From an uncultured Pseudomonadota bacterium (lineage in GTDB: Bacteria; Pseudomonadota; Alphaproteobacteria; Rs-D84), in NCBI GenBank assembly GCA_902787665.1, contig CADAHF010000001.1, positions 68,757 through 112,781 of the forward strand: a stretch of 44,025 nucleotides of DNA, in the 5' to 3' direction. Position 1 is the stretch's first letter. Every line of letters starts with the position of its first letter. Shown in pieces: positions 8,579-18,836 of the stretch. The position numbers and the translations under genes are program-made. The notes below the pieces were generated by a model. The model was not told the DNA's origin. It saw nothing but the letters and a program-made list of their open reading frames with translations, and did not search any database.

Positions 8579-8917
8579 ATGGCAACAAAAAATATCAAAG
8601 ACATTATGATTGCCCTGAACAAGGTTTTAACAACTACTGTTTGGGTCAATAACGATCGCCAGATTATTTCACTGGCTGACGAATTGCATATCGGTAAAAA
8701 CAATTCGCCACGATCAATCGAAGATTTGGCACGACCATCATTGGTTGGTGCATATGTTTCACTGCAAATTCGCACCGATAATTTCGATGTGGCTGCGGAA
8801 AGTTTGGAAACAAAAGATTTGGCTTTGCGCGTAAAGTCAATGGTCTTTGCAGAGGCAAAGAAATTGCTGGATGCGGGCGATGTATCGTCTGAATCCGGGG
8901 TCGCAATGGCCGCATAA
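8579..8917 (+). CDS. Hypothetical protein (112 aa) ending in -AA
   Basis: GGAGG RBS, native-looking codon usage, structured UTRs; no family recognised. Confidence 0.8.
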   Translation: MATKNIKDIMIALNKVLTTTVWVNNDRQIISLADELHIGKNNSPRSIEDLARPSLVGAYVSLQIRTDNFDVAAESLETKDLALRVKSMVFAEAKKLLDAGDVSSESGVAMAA

Positions 8918-8987
8918 TTGCCCGGCGCACGTGTGCGTTGGTTTCTGGGCAATTAATCAGTTTTCCGGTTACGGAAAGGAAGGGAGT

Positions 8988-9022
8988 GCCGTCGGCGAGT
9001 AATCGCCGGCGGTTCTTGTTTT
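8988..9022 (+). terminator. Intrinsic terminator
   Basis: GCCGTCGGCGA-gtaa-TCGCCGGCGGT followed by T-rich tail. Confidence 0.7.
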
Positions 9023-11009
9023 ACCAAATTTTTACCCGTTTATCTGGGGCAAGGTACATTTTATCGTTTTCGGTAATGTTATATGCATCATACCATGCGT
9101 CAATTTGTGGCAAAATGCCATTTACACGATTGCGCCCCAGGGAATGTTCATCAACCTTGGTCCGACGCAGTTTTTCAGCATCACGGATGTTGCCCGCCCA
9201 TACGCCCGCATACGCAACAAAGAAACGCATGTCTGGGGTTAAATCCAATGCCGTGTTTGATGGTATGCCAAAGTTTTTATACGCTGTATAAGATACCGTT
9301 ACGCCACCATAATCAGCCAAATTTTCGCCCAATGTGAATTCTCCATTTGCGTGGATGCCCGGTGCGATTTCTATTTTATCAAAGAATTTGCGCAAAACGG
9401 ATGTGCGTTCAACAAATGCGTCGGCATCTGATTTTGTCCACCAATCGCGCAGGTTGCCGTCTGCGTCAAATTGGCGACCGGAATCATCAAAACCGTGCGT
9501 CATTTCGTGTCCAATTACACTGCCGATTGCGCCATAGTTAAATGCATCGTCTGCATCCATATCAAAGAACGGATATTGCAAGATTCCCGCCGGAAAACAC
9601 ACTTCGTTCGTTGACGGGTCGTAATATGCGTTAACCTCGTGCGCGTTCATGTACCAAATGGTTGGGTCTTTTTCACGACCAATTTTTTCCAGCCAAAACT
9701 CGTCTTCGAATTTAGATACATTTACCATGTTTTCCCACAGCGATGCGTTTTCATCAAGTTTTAATTTTGAATAATCGCGCCATTTGTCTGGGTAACCGAT
9801 TTTTGCGCGGAATGTAGATAGTTTCTTTAATGCTTGTTTTTTTGTGTCGTCTCCCATCCAGGTCAAGTTTTCAATACGCATACCCAATGCGCGTTGCAAA
9901 TTTTTAACCAGTTTTTCCATGCGCGATTTAGCCGCGGCTGAAAAATACTTTTTAACATACAGGTGGCCGATTTCTTCGCCCAATGACCCGTCAAGCATAG
10001 CAACTGCACGTTTCCAACGTGGCTTTGGCTCAATTTGTCCAGCCAAGAATCGATTATAAAAATCAAAAGATATATCGTATGTCGTATCGTCAAGCATCGC
10101 ACCAGCAGCCAAAATAATACGATATTTCAAATATGTTTTAATCAAATCAAAATCTGTGTCGCCCATTATCGCGATTGATTCACTGATTGCCTCTGGTTGA
10201 TTTATGTTGATAAATTTCGCCGCGGATGCGCCGCGTGTTTCAAGGTATGTGTCCCAATCAAATCCAGGGAATTTTTCGCGCACTTCATCAACCGACATTT
10301 TGTGATAGTTTGCGTGGGGATCGCGCAATTTTTCCTTTGGATAAAATGATTTCGCCATGCGTTCTTCGAATCTATACAATTTTTCCGCATCAACAGAAAT
10401 TCCAAAGTTTTTCATTTGTTTGGCGATGAATTTTTTATATTCTTGGCGCGCCTGAATCGACTTTTCATCTGTATCAAAGTAATAATCACGCGCCATGCCA
10501 AGTCCGCCCTGGCCAATATTATAAATATAGTGGTCGCTGTCCATTTCGTCCAAAGATACGCCGTCGCCCCAAAACGCAGATGCGAATTTATGCATTTTGC
10601 CCAAATATTTCGGTAATTCAGATGCAGATTTTAATTCGTCTATTTCTGATAAATATGGTGCCACTGGTGCGGTTTTGTCGGTATTTAATTTTTCGGCATT
10701 CATCGCAATATCGTACAGCATGCCGATTTTGCCAGAATCTGTTTCGGCAATTTCACGCACGCGTTCCAGATTTGTATTAACCAATGCATCAAAAGAACCA
10801 TAACGCGTATAATCGTCTGGAATAGGGTGCGATACCGCCCAACCATGTGTCGCATAATCGTAAAAATCATCGCCTGGTTTTACAGACAAATCCATATTTT
10901 CAATTTTTATTCCAGCATCCATATTTTTCCCCCTTGATGTATATGTGGCAAAGCCAACCGCTGATAAAACGGCGACTATGCCAAGAAAATTTAATAACTT
11001 GTGTTCCAT
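9021..11009 (-). CDS. pepO: M13 family zinc metalloendopeptidase (PepO/neprilysin-like), N-terminal membrane anchor
   Basis: PGDDFYDY, KIGYPD, VNAYY, HEMTH, GENLADYGG. Confidence 0.93.
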   Translation of the reverse strand: MEHKLLNFLGIVAVLSAVGFATYTSRGKNMDAGIKIENMDLSVKPGDDFYDYATHGWAVSHPIPDDYTRYGSFDALVNTNLERVREIAETDSGKIGMLYDIAMNAEKLNTDKTAPVAPYLSEIDELKSASELPKYLGKMHKFASAFWGDGVSLDEMDSDHYIYNIGQGGLGMARDYYFDTDEKSIQARQEYKKFIAKQMKNFGISVDAEKLYRFEERMAKSFYPKEKLRDPHANYHKMSVDEVREKFPGFDWDTYLETRGASAAKFININQPEAISESIAIMGDTDFDLIKTYLKYRIILAAGAMLDDTTYDISFDFYNRFLAGQIEPKPRWKRAVAMLDGSLGEEIGHLYVKKYFSAAAKSRMEKLVKNLQRALGMRIENLTWMGDDTKKQALKKLSTFRAKIGYPDKWRDYSKLKLDENASLWENMVNVSKFEDEFWLEKIGREKDPTIWYMNAHEVNAYYDPSTNEVCFPAGILQYPFFDMDADDAFNYGAIGSVIGHEMTHGFDDSGRQFDADGNLRDWWTKSDADAFVERTSVLRKFFDKIEIAPGIHANGEFTLGENLADYGGVTVSYTAYKNFGIPSNTALDLTPDMRFFVAYAGVWAGNIRDAEKLRRTKVDEHSLGRNRVNGILPQIDAWYDAYNITENDKMYLAPDKRVKIW

Positions 11010-11013
11010 ATTG

Positions 11014-12069
11014 TTACCTGATTAAATTCACCAACAAATCGTCCAAGACCAATATTCCATTGTCGGTTGCACGCATGCGTTCATCATTGATTTGGACAAG
11101 TTCGTTGTGTTCTTTTGCGTATTCCATATTTAGCACATTTTTCACATCTTTTGCAAGCAATACGCCACGCATCGTGCGCAGGCCAGTAATTACTTTTTCA
11201 ATCGCACGCGCATCATTGGTTATTGGTTCAAATTTGACGCCACCCCCCAGTTGTTCGTACCATACATTGTTCATAAAAACACGACCCGCCGCCGCGGTGC
11301 CAAGACCGATATATGCATCGCCATCCCATATATTTTGATTGTGCCGACATTCGTTGTCGGGGTTTGCATAATTAGAAACCTCATACCGTGGCAGGTTTAA
11401 CGTGTTTTGAATCGCGGTATACATATCTGCCATTTCGTTATTTGTCGGCATCGTCAAATTCATTTTCCCAAATGGTGTTGATGGTTCAATAGTTAATTCA
11501 TACATAGAGCAATGTGAAAGACCAGTGTTGTTTATTTGTTTGCAAAGATTTTCAACCTTGTTTGCATTGTGTCCAGGCAGACCATAAATAAAATCAGCCG
11601 ATACACGAATTTGGCGTGCTAAAGCAGAATCTATAAGTTTTCGGGCTGTATATGCATTATGGCGGCGTCCTAGAAAAGCTAATTCGTCATCATCAAACGA
11701 TTGAACACCAATCGACAAACGGTTTGCGCCATATTTTATAAATTCATCTAAACGTGCCGTATCCAATGTGCCTGGGTTTGATTCAAGCGTGATTTCGGCA
11801 TTGTTGACAATATTAAATTTGCTATGCAGGTGTTCAATGATTTGGGCAAAGTATTTTGTTGGCAACAGTGATGGTGTTCCGCCACCAAAAAATACTGTTG
11901 GAACATCGAATTTTCCCAACATTTCTGCCCAATGGTCAATTTCGCCAATAATGCCAGCAGTGTATTTTTCCCAATCTGGTTTGGCGCAGGCATGGCTGAA
12001 AAACGCGCAATAATTGCATTTCGATATGCAAAAAGGGACATGAATATAGATATTGTGTGGTAATGTCAT
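11014..12069 (-). CDS. hemW: Radical SAM heme chaperone HemW (HemN-like)
   Basis: YIHVPFCxxxCxxC, GGGTPS, SIGVQSF, YEVSNY, CRHN. Confidence 0.88.
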   Translation of the reverse strand: MTLPHNIYIHVPFCISKCNYCAFFSHACAKPDWEKYTAGIIGEIDHWAEMLGKFDVPTVFFGGGTPSLLPTKYFAQIIEHLHSKFNIVNNAEITLESNPGTLDTARLDEFIKYGANRLSIGVQSFDDDELAFLGRRHNAYTARKLIDSALARQIRVSADFIYGLPGHNANKVENLCKQINNTGLSHCSMYELTIEPSTPFGKMNLTMPTNNEMADMYTAIQNTLNLPRYEVSNYANPDNECRHNQNIWDGDAYIGLGTAAAGRVFMNNVWYEQLGGGVKFEPITNDARAIEKVITGLRTMRGVLLAKDVKNVLNMEYAKEHNELVQINDERMRATDNGILVLDDLLVNLIR

Positions 12070-12171
12070 TGTGTTGGTATTTTACCCTGATTGATTAATC
12101 GCGCAAGTAATAAATGAAAACACTTTTTTATACCCCTTTTTTATGATATAATAAACTGTAATAAGGTAAGG

Positions 12172-13677
12172 ATGAGGACACACAAAATCGCATTTTTAGC
12201 GGCTGTCTTGGCGCCCTGTGTTGCGTTTGCTGCAAACGAGGGGGTGCCGTCGTATTATCAAACCGCACAAACCATGACGGCAAATCGTTCCGCGTATGGT
12301 CAGTATCAAAATATGGGATATTCCCAGTATGTCGGGCAATCGGGTCAAAAACAGATTGTTGGCACGAATTCGTATACTTATCAGGTGCCACGTGTCCAGG
12401 TTCCGACCATTGAAGATTATTCGTCTTATTCTACGGCCAGCACGATGACTGCAAACGGTGTTGCAATGCCAGTGGAAAACGAACCTGCGACAACTGTGCA
12501 TGCTGGATATTCGCGGCGTTTCGCTGATTTTTCGTTCAAGACTGGTGTAAATTCCGTACTTGAATGGGATGATATGATTTTCAACGAAATCAATGTTGGT
12601 GCCCAGCATAATTTTAAATTACGTGATTTTGATTTGTTTGCTTATGCTGATTATACATACGGCGATATGGCGTCTGCCGGGTTGTCAATGGATTATGATT
12701 TGGAACCGTATGATTGGGCAGACGAAAGATACGGTATATTTACAATATCGGTTGGCGATCAATCTGGTCGCACAGAACATTTGCGTCTTGGTTTGGGTGC
12801 GCGTCATGTTTGGGATTTGTGGGGCTGGAAATTATCGCCATCTATTGGATATGAAATTTTCAAACATAATTTGAAAATGTCTAATCATCTGTATCCAAAT
12901 CCTGGAATTTATCTGCCGTTGATGGCGACCAGTGGTGATTATGTATATGGTGACGAGGAAGGCAATTATTTCACTTACCCGGTTGGTGCAGATGTGCCGG
13001 ACACACTGTATCAAGTGTGTATGTCGCCCGAAGATATCAAGTTGGTTAATTCTTCGGTGTCGGGAAATGGTGTTGCGTTAGGCAAGGTTTTTTCGACCAC
13101 AGATTATAACCCGGCAATGGGCGATGTTCCATGGGGTGTAACATCGGGCGAATGTATCATTATTGGTGGTGATGGTCCGATTTTGGTCGATGGGACGACG
13201 CACATTTATAACACCACATGGTCTGGATTCTATATCGGTTTGGAAATAGAAAAGCAAATGACATTGTCTGATAAATTGCGTTTCTATGTTCAATTTGGTT
13301 TACCAAAATATTCAGCCGAAGGTATTTGGCCGAATCGTGACGATTGGCAACAAAACCCAAGTTTCCTGGACGAAGGTGACAATGGCGCATATTCGTATGC
13401 TGCAGAAATGGAATATGTGTTGAAATTGTCAAACCGTTTGCAGTTGGCATTAAAGGTTGATACCAACTATTTCCATGTTGGTAAAATTGGTGGCGAATTG
13501 TACTTGGCATCCAGTGGCGGTTATTTGATTGATGAAAACGGCCAATACATATTGGATACTAACGGCAATCCGATTTATGAAACAGTTTCTGCACATACAG
13601 AAAAGATAACAGAATCATTAAAAGAAGCCACATGGCAATCTTTTGGTCTGCATCTTGGGGTTAAATACGCGTTTTAA
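12172..13677 (+). CDS. Outer membrane beta-barrel protein (omptin-like) with large inserted loop
   Basis: Signal peptide, amphipathic strands, C-terminal GLHLGVKYAF (terminal Phe). Confidence 0.7.
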   Translation: MRTHKIAFLAAVLAPCVAFAANEGVPSYYQTAQTMTANRSAYGQYQNMGYSQYVGQSGQKQIVGTNSYTYQVPRVQVPTIEDYSSYSTASTMTANGVAMPVENEPATTVHAGYSRRFADFSFKTGVNSVLEWDDMIFNEINVGAQHNFKLRDFDLFAYADYTYGDMASAGLSMDYDLEPYDWADERYGIFTISVGDQSGRTEHLRLGLGARHVWDLWGWKLSPSIGYEIFKHNLKMSNHLYPNPGIYLPLMATSGDYVYGDEEGNYFTYPVGADVPDTLYQVCMSPEDIKLVNSSVSGNGVALGKVFSTTDYNPAMGDVPWGVTSGECIIIGGDGPILVDGTTHIYNTTWSGFYIGLEIEKQMTLSDKLRFYVQFGLPKYSAEGIWPNRDDWQQNPSFLDEGDNGAYSYAAEMEYVLKLSNRLQLALKVDTNYFHVGKIGGELYLASSGGYLIDENGQYILDTNGNPIYETVSAHTEKITESLKEATWQSFGLHLGVKYAF

Positions 13678-13691
13678 TACGGGGGATTCCC

Positions 13692-14741
13692 ATGAGTTTT
13701 AAATCTGCTGTTCGCATTTGTTCTGCGTTGGCAATTTTGTTGCCAGTGGCGGTTCGTGCAGACGATTGCAGGTTTGATATGGCGCGTTGGGAATCAATAC
13801 TGGACAATGTCCGCACTCGTGCAGCAGCCGAAAATATTTCCCAAGAAACCATAGATGCAACATTGAAAAATCCACTGTTCGTTCCGTCGGTCGTTAAAAG
13901 CGATAAAAATCAATCAGAATTCAAATTAACACTTGAACAATATCTGAACCGCACTGTAAATCAAAAACGCGTCCAGGACGGTAAAAAAATGCGTGCAACA
14001 TATCCAACTATGCTGGGTCGGGTTGAACATAAATACGGTGTGCCACCACATATTATGTTGGCATTTTGGGGTATGGAATCGAACTTTGGTGAAATTAAAT
14101 CGCGGCATAAGTTAACAAACGCATTTTTATCATTGATGTATGATGGCCGGCGTGAAACATTTTTCACAAATCAGTTGATTGCATTGATGAAAATCGCTGA
14201 TAAAAACAAGCTTGATATAAATAATATCCGGGGCAGCTGGGCTGGGGCTATGGGGCATTTCCAGTTTATACCAACAACATTGGCGCAATATGGTGTTGAT
14301 GGTAATGGCGACAATAAAATTGATATTATCGGCAGTGTGGGCGATGCAATGTTCAGTGCTGGAAATTACCTGAATAAGCTGGGGTGGAATGAACATGAAC
14401 GCATTGTGCGGCGCGTTGTGTTGCCAGCGAACTTTGATTTGTCGCTGTTAAAGGGCGATGTGAAAAAGACATTAACCGAATGGACGGCGATGGGTGTGGT
14501 TAATCCAGATGGTTCGCCAATTCCAACAAACGATATGACGGCTGGTTTGGTTGCCGATGTTGCAGCGATTGAACAAGCGCGCAAACAAGCCGCGGAAAAT
14601 ATATCGCCAGATGCGGATGTTGCGCCAATGCCGGTTATAAATGCGTATTTAACATATCCAAATTTCTATCGCATAAAAAAATGGAACAGTTCCAACTGGT
14701 ACGCAATCGCGATTGCAGAGTTAGCAGATAAGTTGAAATAG
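13692..14741 (+). CDS. Lytic murein transglycosylase (MltB/SLT_2 family)
   Basis: AFWGMESNFG, GSWAGAMGHFQFIP, DGNGDNKID, WNSSNWYA. Confidence 0.92.
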   Translation: MSFKSAVRICSALAILLPVAVRADDCRFDMARWESILDNVRTRAAAENISQETIDATLKNPLFVPSVVKSDKNQSEFKLTLEQYLNRTVNQKRVQDGKKMRATYPTMLGRVEHKYGVPPHIMLAFWGMESNFGEIKSRHKLTNAFLSLMYDGRRETFFTNQLIALMKIADKNKLDINNIRGSWAGAMGHFQFIPTTLAQYGVDGNGDNKIDIIGSVGDAMFSAGNYLNKLGWNEHERIVRRVVLPANFDLSLLKGDVKKTLTEWTAMGVVNPDGSPIPTNDMTAGLVADVAAIEQARKQAAENISPDADVAPMPVINAYLTYPNFYRIKKWNSSNWYAIAIAELADKLK

Positions 14742-14772
14742 ATTGTTTATGAATAGCTGCACGGATTTCAGT

Positions 14773-15330
14773 TTACATATTTTTTTGTTTAAACAAATCT
14801 GATAGGCGATTTGCCATTCTGTCTTTTTCAGATGTTATCACCTTGTCGGCAGGTATTTTCCAATCAATGCCAATTTCTGGGTCATCAAAACGGATTCCAA
14901 ATTCAGATTCTTTGTTATAAACATTATCAACTTTGTATGCGAATATTGCTGTCGGTGACAGCACAGAAAAACCATGCAAGAAATGACGCGGTATTAACAA
15001 TTGGCGTTGATTTACATCAGACAATTCCACCGCGACATGTTTACCAAAAGTCGGTGAATCTGGACGCACATCAACAGCAACGTCCAATACACACCCCTGT
15101 AACACACGCACCAATTTCGCCTGGGAATATTCGCCCAATTGGCAATGCAGGCCACGAATAACACCATACGATGATTTTGATTGATTATCTTGCACACCAA
15201 AATCATTGGTAATTCCATTTTTCAACATTTCCGCGCGATTAAAACTTTCGAAAAAGTAACCACGTTCATCTTTGAAAATCTTTGGCTCTATAATATAAAC
15301 GCCTGCAATATTTGTTTTTATAAAATTCAT
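14773..15330 (-). CDS. rmlC: dTDP-4-dehydrorhamnose 3,5-epimerase
   Basis: DERGYFFE, QDNQS, IRGLH, QAKLVRV, HGF. Confidence 0.95.
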   Translation of the reverse strand: MNFIKTNIAGVYIIEPKIFKDERGYFFESFNRAEMLKNGITNDFGVQDNQSKSSYGVIRGLHCQLGEYSQAKLVRVLQGCVLDVAVDVRPDSPTFGKHVAVELSDVNQRQLLIPRHFLHGFSVLSPTAIFAYKVDNVYNKESEFGIRFDDPEIGIDWKIPADKVITSEKDRMANRLSDLFKQKNM

Positions 15331-15342
15331 AATTATAATCCC

Positions 15343-16482
15343 TTATTCCGAAACATATTTTTTGACTGTATCGATAATGTATTTTACATCTTCTTCTGTC
15401 AATCGAACATGCATTGGCAACGACAAAGTGTGATCTGAAACATATTTTGCATATGGGCATGTTCCACGCGCATATTCATACATCCTGTATTCAGTATTAT
15501 CACGATAATGAACCCCCGGATAAATGCCAGCGGCATTTAATTTCAAAATAAGTTCATCACGATTTGGAACAAGAATCTGATACAAATGGCGACTGCTTTC
15601 GCAATCTGGCGCAATTGGAATCAGTTCAATGTTCGGACAATCTGCAAATGCATCATCATACATTTTTGCAACCTTGCGCCGATATTCATTGTCCACGTCC
15701 AGATATTTCAAACTGACCAACGCCAACGATGCCATAACAGAATTACCATGTGCCTTATACCCAACATATTCGACATCGTACATCCATTTATACGCACCGT
15801 CTTTACTTACACTGCGCGCATAAGTGTCTTTGTTTATACCCAGCCATGCTTTTTTGCGAACAATTTCATCGCTTTTTGCGTCTTTAAAACAAATCATACC
15901 AGAATCACCCGTTGGACAGTTTTTAACAGCCTGGAACGAATACACAATCACGTCCGCCTCAGTCCCCGGGATTTTTCCATTTAACCGAGTGCCCGCCATG
16001 TGTGCCGCGTCCAAAATCAGTTTCAGGTTATGTTCGCGAGCAATTTTTACAATCTCTGGCCACTGTCCAGTATTACCACCCAATCCAACAAACATTATCG
16101 CACGTGTTTTTGGTGTAATTTTCCGCAACACATCAACCGGATCCAAACAAAGATATTTATCAACATCTGCAAACATCGGTTTTAGTTTTGACAACAAGAT
16201 TGCATGATTTGTTGAAATAAAAGTCAATGGAGTTGTGATAATTTCATCATCATCAGCCCAGCCGTTTTCTTCTTTTAAAATTTCTACGGCCAAATTCAAA
16301 CCCATTGTTGATGAGTTAAGGTAGTGCGCGAATGGCAGACCCGTATATTCTTTCCACTTTTCTTCAAATTCAACCGTTTTGAACCCCAGACCTGTCCAGC
16401 CCTTATCAAGACATTCTTTTATTTGTGCCAAACATTCATCTGTTCTGAAATACGGTGCAAACAGTTGTATTTTTCTATCCAT
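15343..16482 (-). CDS. DegT/DnrJ/EryC1/StrS nucleotide-sugar aminotransferase
   Basis: TPLTFIST, LDAAH, SFQAVKNCPTGDSG, LSLPMH. Confidence 0.93.
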   Translation of the reverse strand: MDRKIQLFAPYFRTDECLAQIKECLDKGWTGLGFKTVEFEEKWKEYTGLPFAHYLNSSTMGLNLAVEILKEENGWADDDEIITTPLTFISTNHAILLSKLKPMFADVDKYLCLDPVDVLRKITPKTRAIMFVGLGGNTGQWPEIVKIAREHNLKLILDAAHMAGTRLNGKIPGTEADVIVYSFQAVKNCPTGDSGMICFKDAKSDEIVRKKAWLGINKDTYARSVSKDGAYKWMYDVEYVGYKAHGNSVMASLALVSLKYLDVDNEYRRKVAKMYDDAFADCPNIELIPIAPDCESSRHLYQILVPNRDELILKLNAAGIYPGVHYRDNTEYRMYEYARGTCPYAKYVSDHTLSLPMHVRLTEEDVKYIIDTVKKYVSE

Positions 16483-17488
16483 TTTTTGTCCTCTTTTTAT
16501 AATTTATTTTTATGAATCCCAAAATAATGATTGTCCTGTTATTACCATTTCTGATTTTCAAGAAAGGAAAACCATGCAACCAGAACAAAACATTTTTAAT
16601 AAAATGACAATGACGATGGTTGTAATATTTCGTAACAATATCCAGCCATTGTTGACCACGTGTTTCGAAACTGTAATTAGCAAGTATTAATTCACGATAT
16701 TTTTTAAAATCAAATTTTGGCGCGATAACACCATCTTTTATATCTTGTATTCTTTTGTTCCAATCTTCACCATCATGCATAATCATTTCACGTGGATAAT
16801 CCAGTAATTCTGCCAAATCAACATATGCCGCCAAATCAGAACATAACACCGGCACACCCAAATATAATGATTTCAGCATGCGACAATTCCCCTTGGCTGC
16901 GCCATAGTTTGAATGAATATCTTGTGGCAACAAAATCAAATCAAACTTTTGAATATTTTTATCAATAGTGTCCGGCGACCATTCAATATCACCACCGCGA
17001 GTAATCGTTTTTACATCTGATACATTAGTACTATGTAAAATATCGAGATTGGTTATATTACCAAACCAACCTAATTTGCATCTTTTTAACGACAATTGTT
17101 TTTTCAGTGGTATATTCAAATCATTGATATCAACCGGATCATCTAAAACGACAATGTTTTCATTCAGATATTGCCATTTTTCTTTCAAAAAAGACGACCC
17201 CACCACAACAAGATCCGCGTGTTTAATAAAGAATTTATATTTGTTATCGCAATAATCATCAATATCAAAAATAATAAATGTATGTCGTTTTTTGTATTTC
17301 AAAAACTGTTTATAAATAAAACGGGTGCTAGCTTTTTGAATTACGACAATATCATAGCTATTGTTAACACCATTTAACTCAACATGTGTCATAATTGAAG
17401 ATACATACTTATACAATCGCAAAATTCTTGAACGGAAACTTGCAGCAGAATTGTCAAATTCAGAAATAAAATTTATACTTAGCATCAT
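16475..17488 (-). CDS. Putative glycosyltransferase (GT-B-like)
   Basis: SFRSR, IFDIDD, LGWFG, KGNCRMLKSLYLGVPVLCS; position in glycan cluster. Confidence 0.65.
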   Translation of the reverse strand: MMLSINFISEFDNSAASFRSRILRLYKYVSSIMTHVELNGVNNSYDIVVIQKASTRFIYKQFLKYKKRHTFIIFDIDDYCDNKYKFFIKHADLVVVGSSFLKEKWQYLNENIVVLDDPVDINDLNIPLKKQLSLKRCKLGWFGNITNLDILHSTNVSDVKTITRGGDIEWSPDTIDKNIQKFDLILLPQDIHSNYGAAKGNCRMLKSLYLGVPVLCSDLAAYVDLAELLDYPREMIMHDGEDWNKRIQDIKDGVIAPKFDFKKYRELILANYSFETRGQQWLDIVTKYYNHRHCHFIKNVLFWLHGFPFLKIRNGNNRTIIILGFIKINYKKRTKNG

Positions 17489-17497
17489 TTTGTTTGG

Positions 17498-18019
17498 TTA
17501 GTCTTTTTTTATTTGTCTGTGCTTACAAACAATGTCATATGCGGCCAAATTATCTTTATCTTTGTTGTGTTTTATACATTTCTTAGTGTAATCATCAATG
17601 GTTGATATAAATTTAGCCGGACAACCCGCCCAAACTTGACCGTCTGGAATAGATTTAGTCACAATACTTCCTGCACCGACAACGCAATTATCACCAATAA
17701 TCACACCCGGCATAATTATACTATGACAACCGATAAAACAATTTTTACCGATTGATATTTTTCCAAAATGGACCAGTTTAGGGCATTTTTTATCGTATTT
17801 TTCACAAACATGAATTGCCGCATCGTGTGTTACAAAAGTCACACCAAACGAAATACAAGTATCGTCACCAATTGATATTAAATATGGTTCAGATCCAAAA
17901 TCAGGATAAGACCAACTGTGTGGCCATATAATAAACCTTACATTTGTACCCAAGTTTACACCTAGTTTTGATATAACTTCATAAGGTGTTTCTTTTTTTC
18001 TGTGTCGAAATATTTTCAT
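17498..18019 (-). CDS. Hexapeptide-repeat sugar acetyl/acyltransferase
   Basis: IGKNCFIG, IIGDNCVVGAGSIVTKSIP, WAGCPAK. Confidence 0.88.
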   Translation of the reverse strand: MKIFRHRKKETPYEVISKLGVNLGTNVRFIIWPHSWSYPDFGSEPYLISIGDDTCISFGVTFVTHDAAIHVCEKYDKKCPKLVHFGKISIGKNCFIGCHSIIMPGVIIGDNCVVGAGSIVTKSIPDGQVWAGCPAKFISTIDDYTKKCIKHNKDKDNLAAYDIVCKHRQIKKD

Positions 18020-18816
18020 TGTTTGTGTCCCCGTATACGAAAATTGATTTTATCATATCTATATGGTGATTTTGATAAATATGGCATTTTAAATTTGTTA
18101 CGCCACAAGACATACATAAAAGACAATTGGTCGCGGCAAGAAAACTTTATTAACATGTTCCACCATTGGTTCATCAGTTTGATACATGTCTTATCATTAT
18201 GTTTTCTATATATTACATTGTTTTCACTTAGACCAAAGTGTTTTGGAAAGTTATTCTTTTGTAATAGTCGTTTTGTTGCTTTTATTTTTGACATATCGTC
18301 TTTCTTTTGATTGATACAAGCATCAATTTCATCATATATACAATCTCTTTCGAAATGAATTGGTATAGACAACACGCATTTCTTGGGCAATTTGTTTATA
18401 TCATTAAATAATTTTGTATTTATAACATCTATATTTGCATCAACATATATACTTTGCGGATACTCTGGAAATAGAATATGCGGGTGAAGTTTATGCCACC
18501 GATTATTTCGTACATTATCAAGTTTATCATATACCAAAGGTCTAATTTCCCACACACCAATTTTTTTGTGTTTTAACAGTTTTTTGTTATCTGTAAAACA
18601 TACATAGTGACAATTTGTGTTTGTACACGAATGTTGAATTAAATCGTCATACATACCAGTAATACAAGTGTATATTACACATTTATCTAAACCCGCCACT
18701 TTTTCAGATATAGAAATTTTTGGGTCTTTTTTTCTTGGCAAACTAACCACCTTAATGCCACAAAAAAGGAAATGTCTACGACCATTACCTGTTATATGTT
18801 TTTCAAATATCCGCAT
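18016..18816 (-). CDS. DUF616/TOD1-like glycosyltransferase
   Basis: VIYTCITGMYD, YVCFTD, KLHPH, SIYVDAN, RDCIYDE, RDQLSF. Confidence 0.8.
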   Translation of the reverse strand: MRIFEKHITGNGRRHFLFCGIKVVSLPRKKDPKISISEKVAGLDKCVIYTCITGMYDDLIQHSCTNTNCHYVCFTDNKKLLKHKKIGVWEIRPLVYDKLDNVRNNRWHKLHPHILFPEYPQSIYVDANIDVINTKLFNDINKLPKKCVLSIPIHFERDCIYDEIDACINQKKDDMSKIKATKRLLQKNNFPKHFGLSENNVIYRKHNDKTCIKLMNQWWNMLIKFSCRDQLSFMYVLWRNKFKMPYLSKSPYRYDKINFRIRGHKQ

Positions 18817-18836
18817 TAATAATACCCTTGGTTAAT

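Noticed and set aside
8918-9020. SRP RNA or tmRNA piece
   Set aside because: Lacks the SRP CAGG..GGAA..AGCAG motif and tRNA-like ends; better explained as 3' UTR hairpins plus a terminator.
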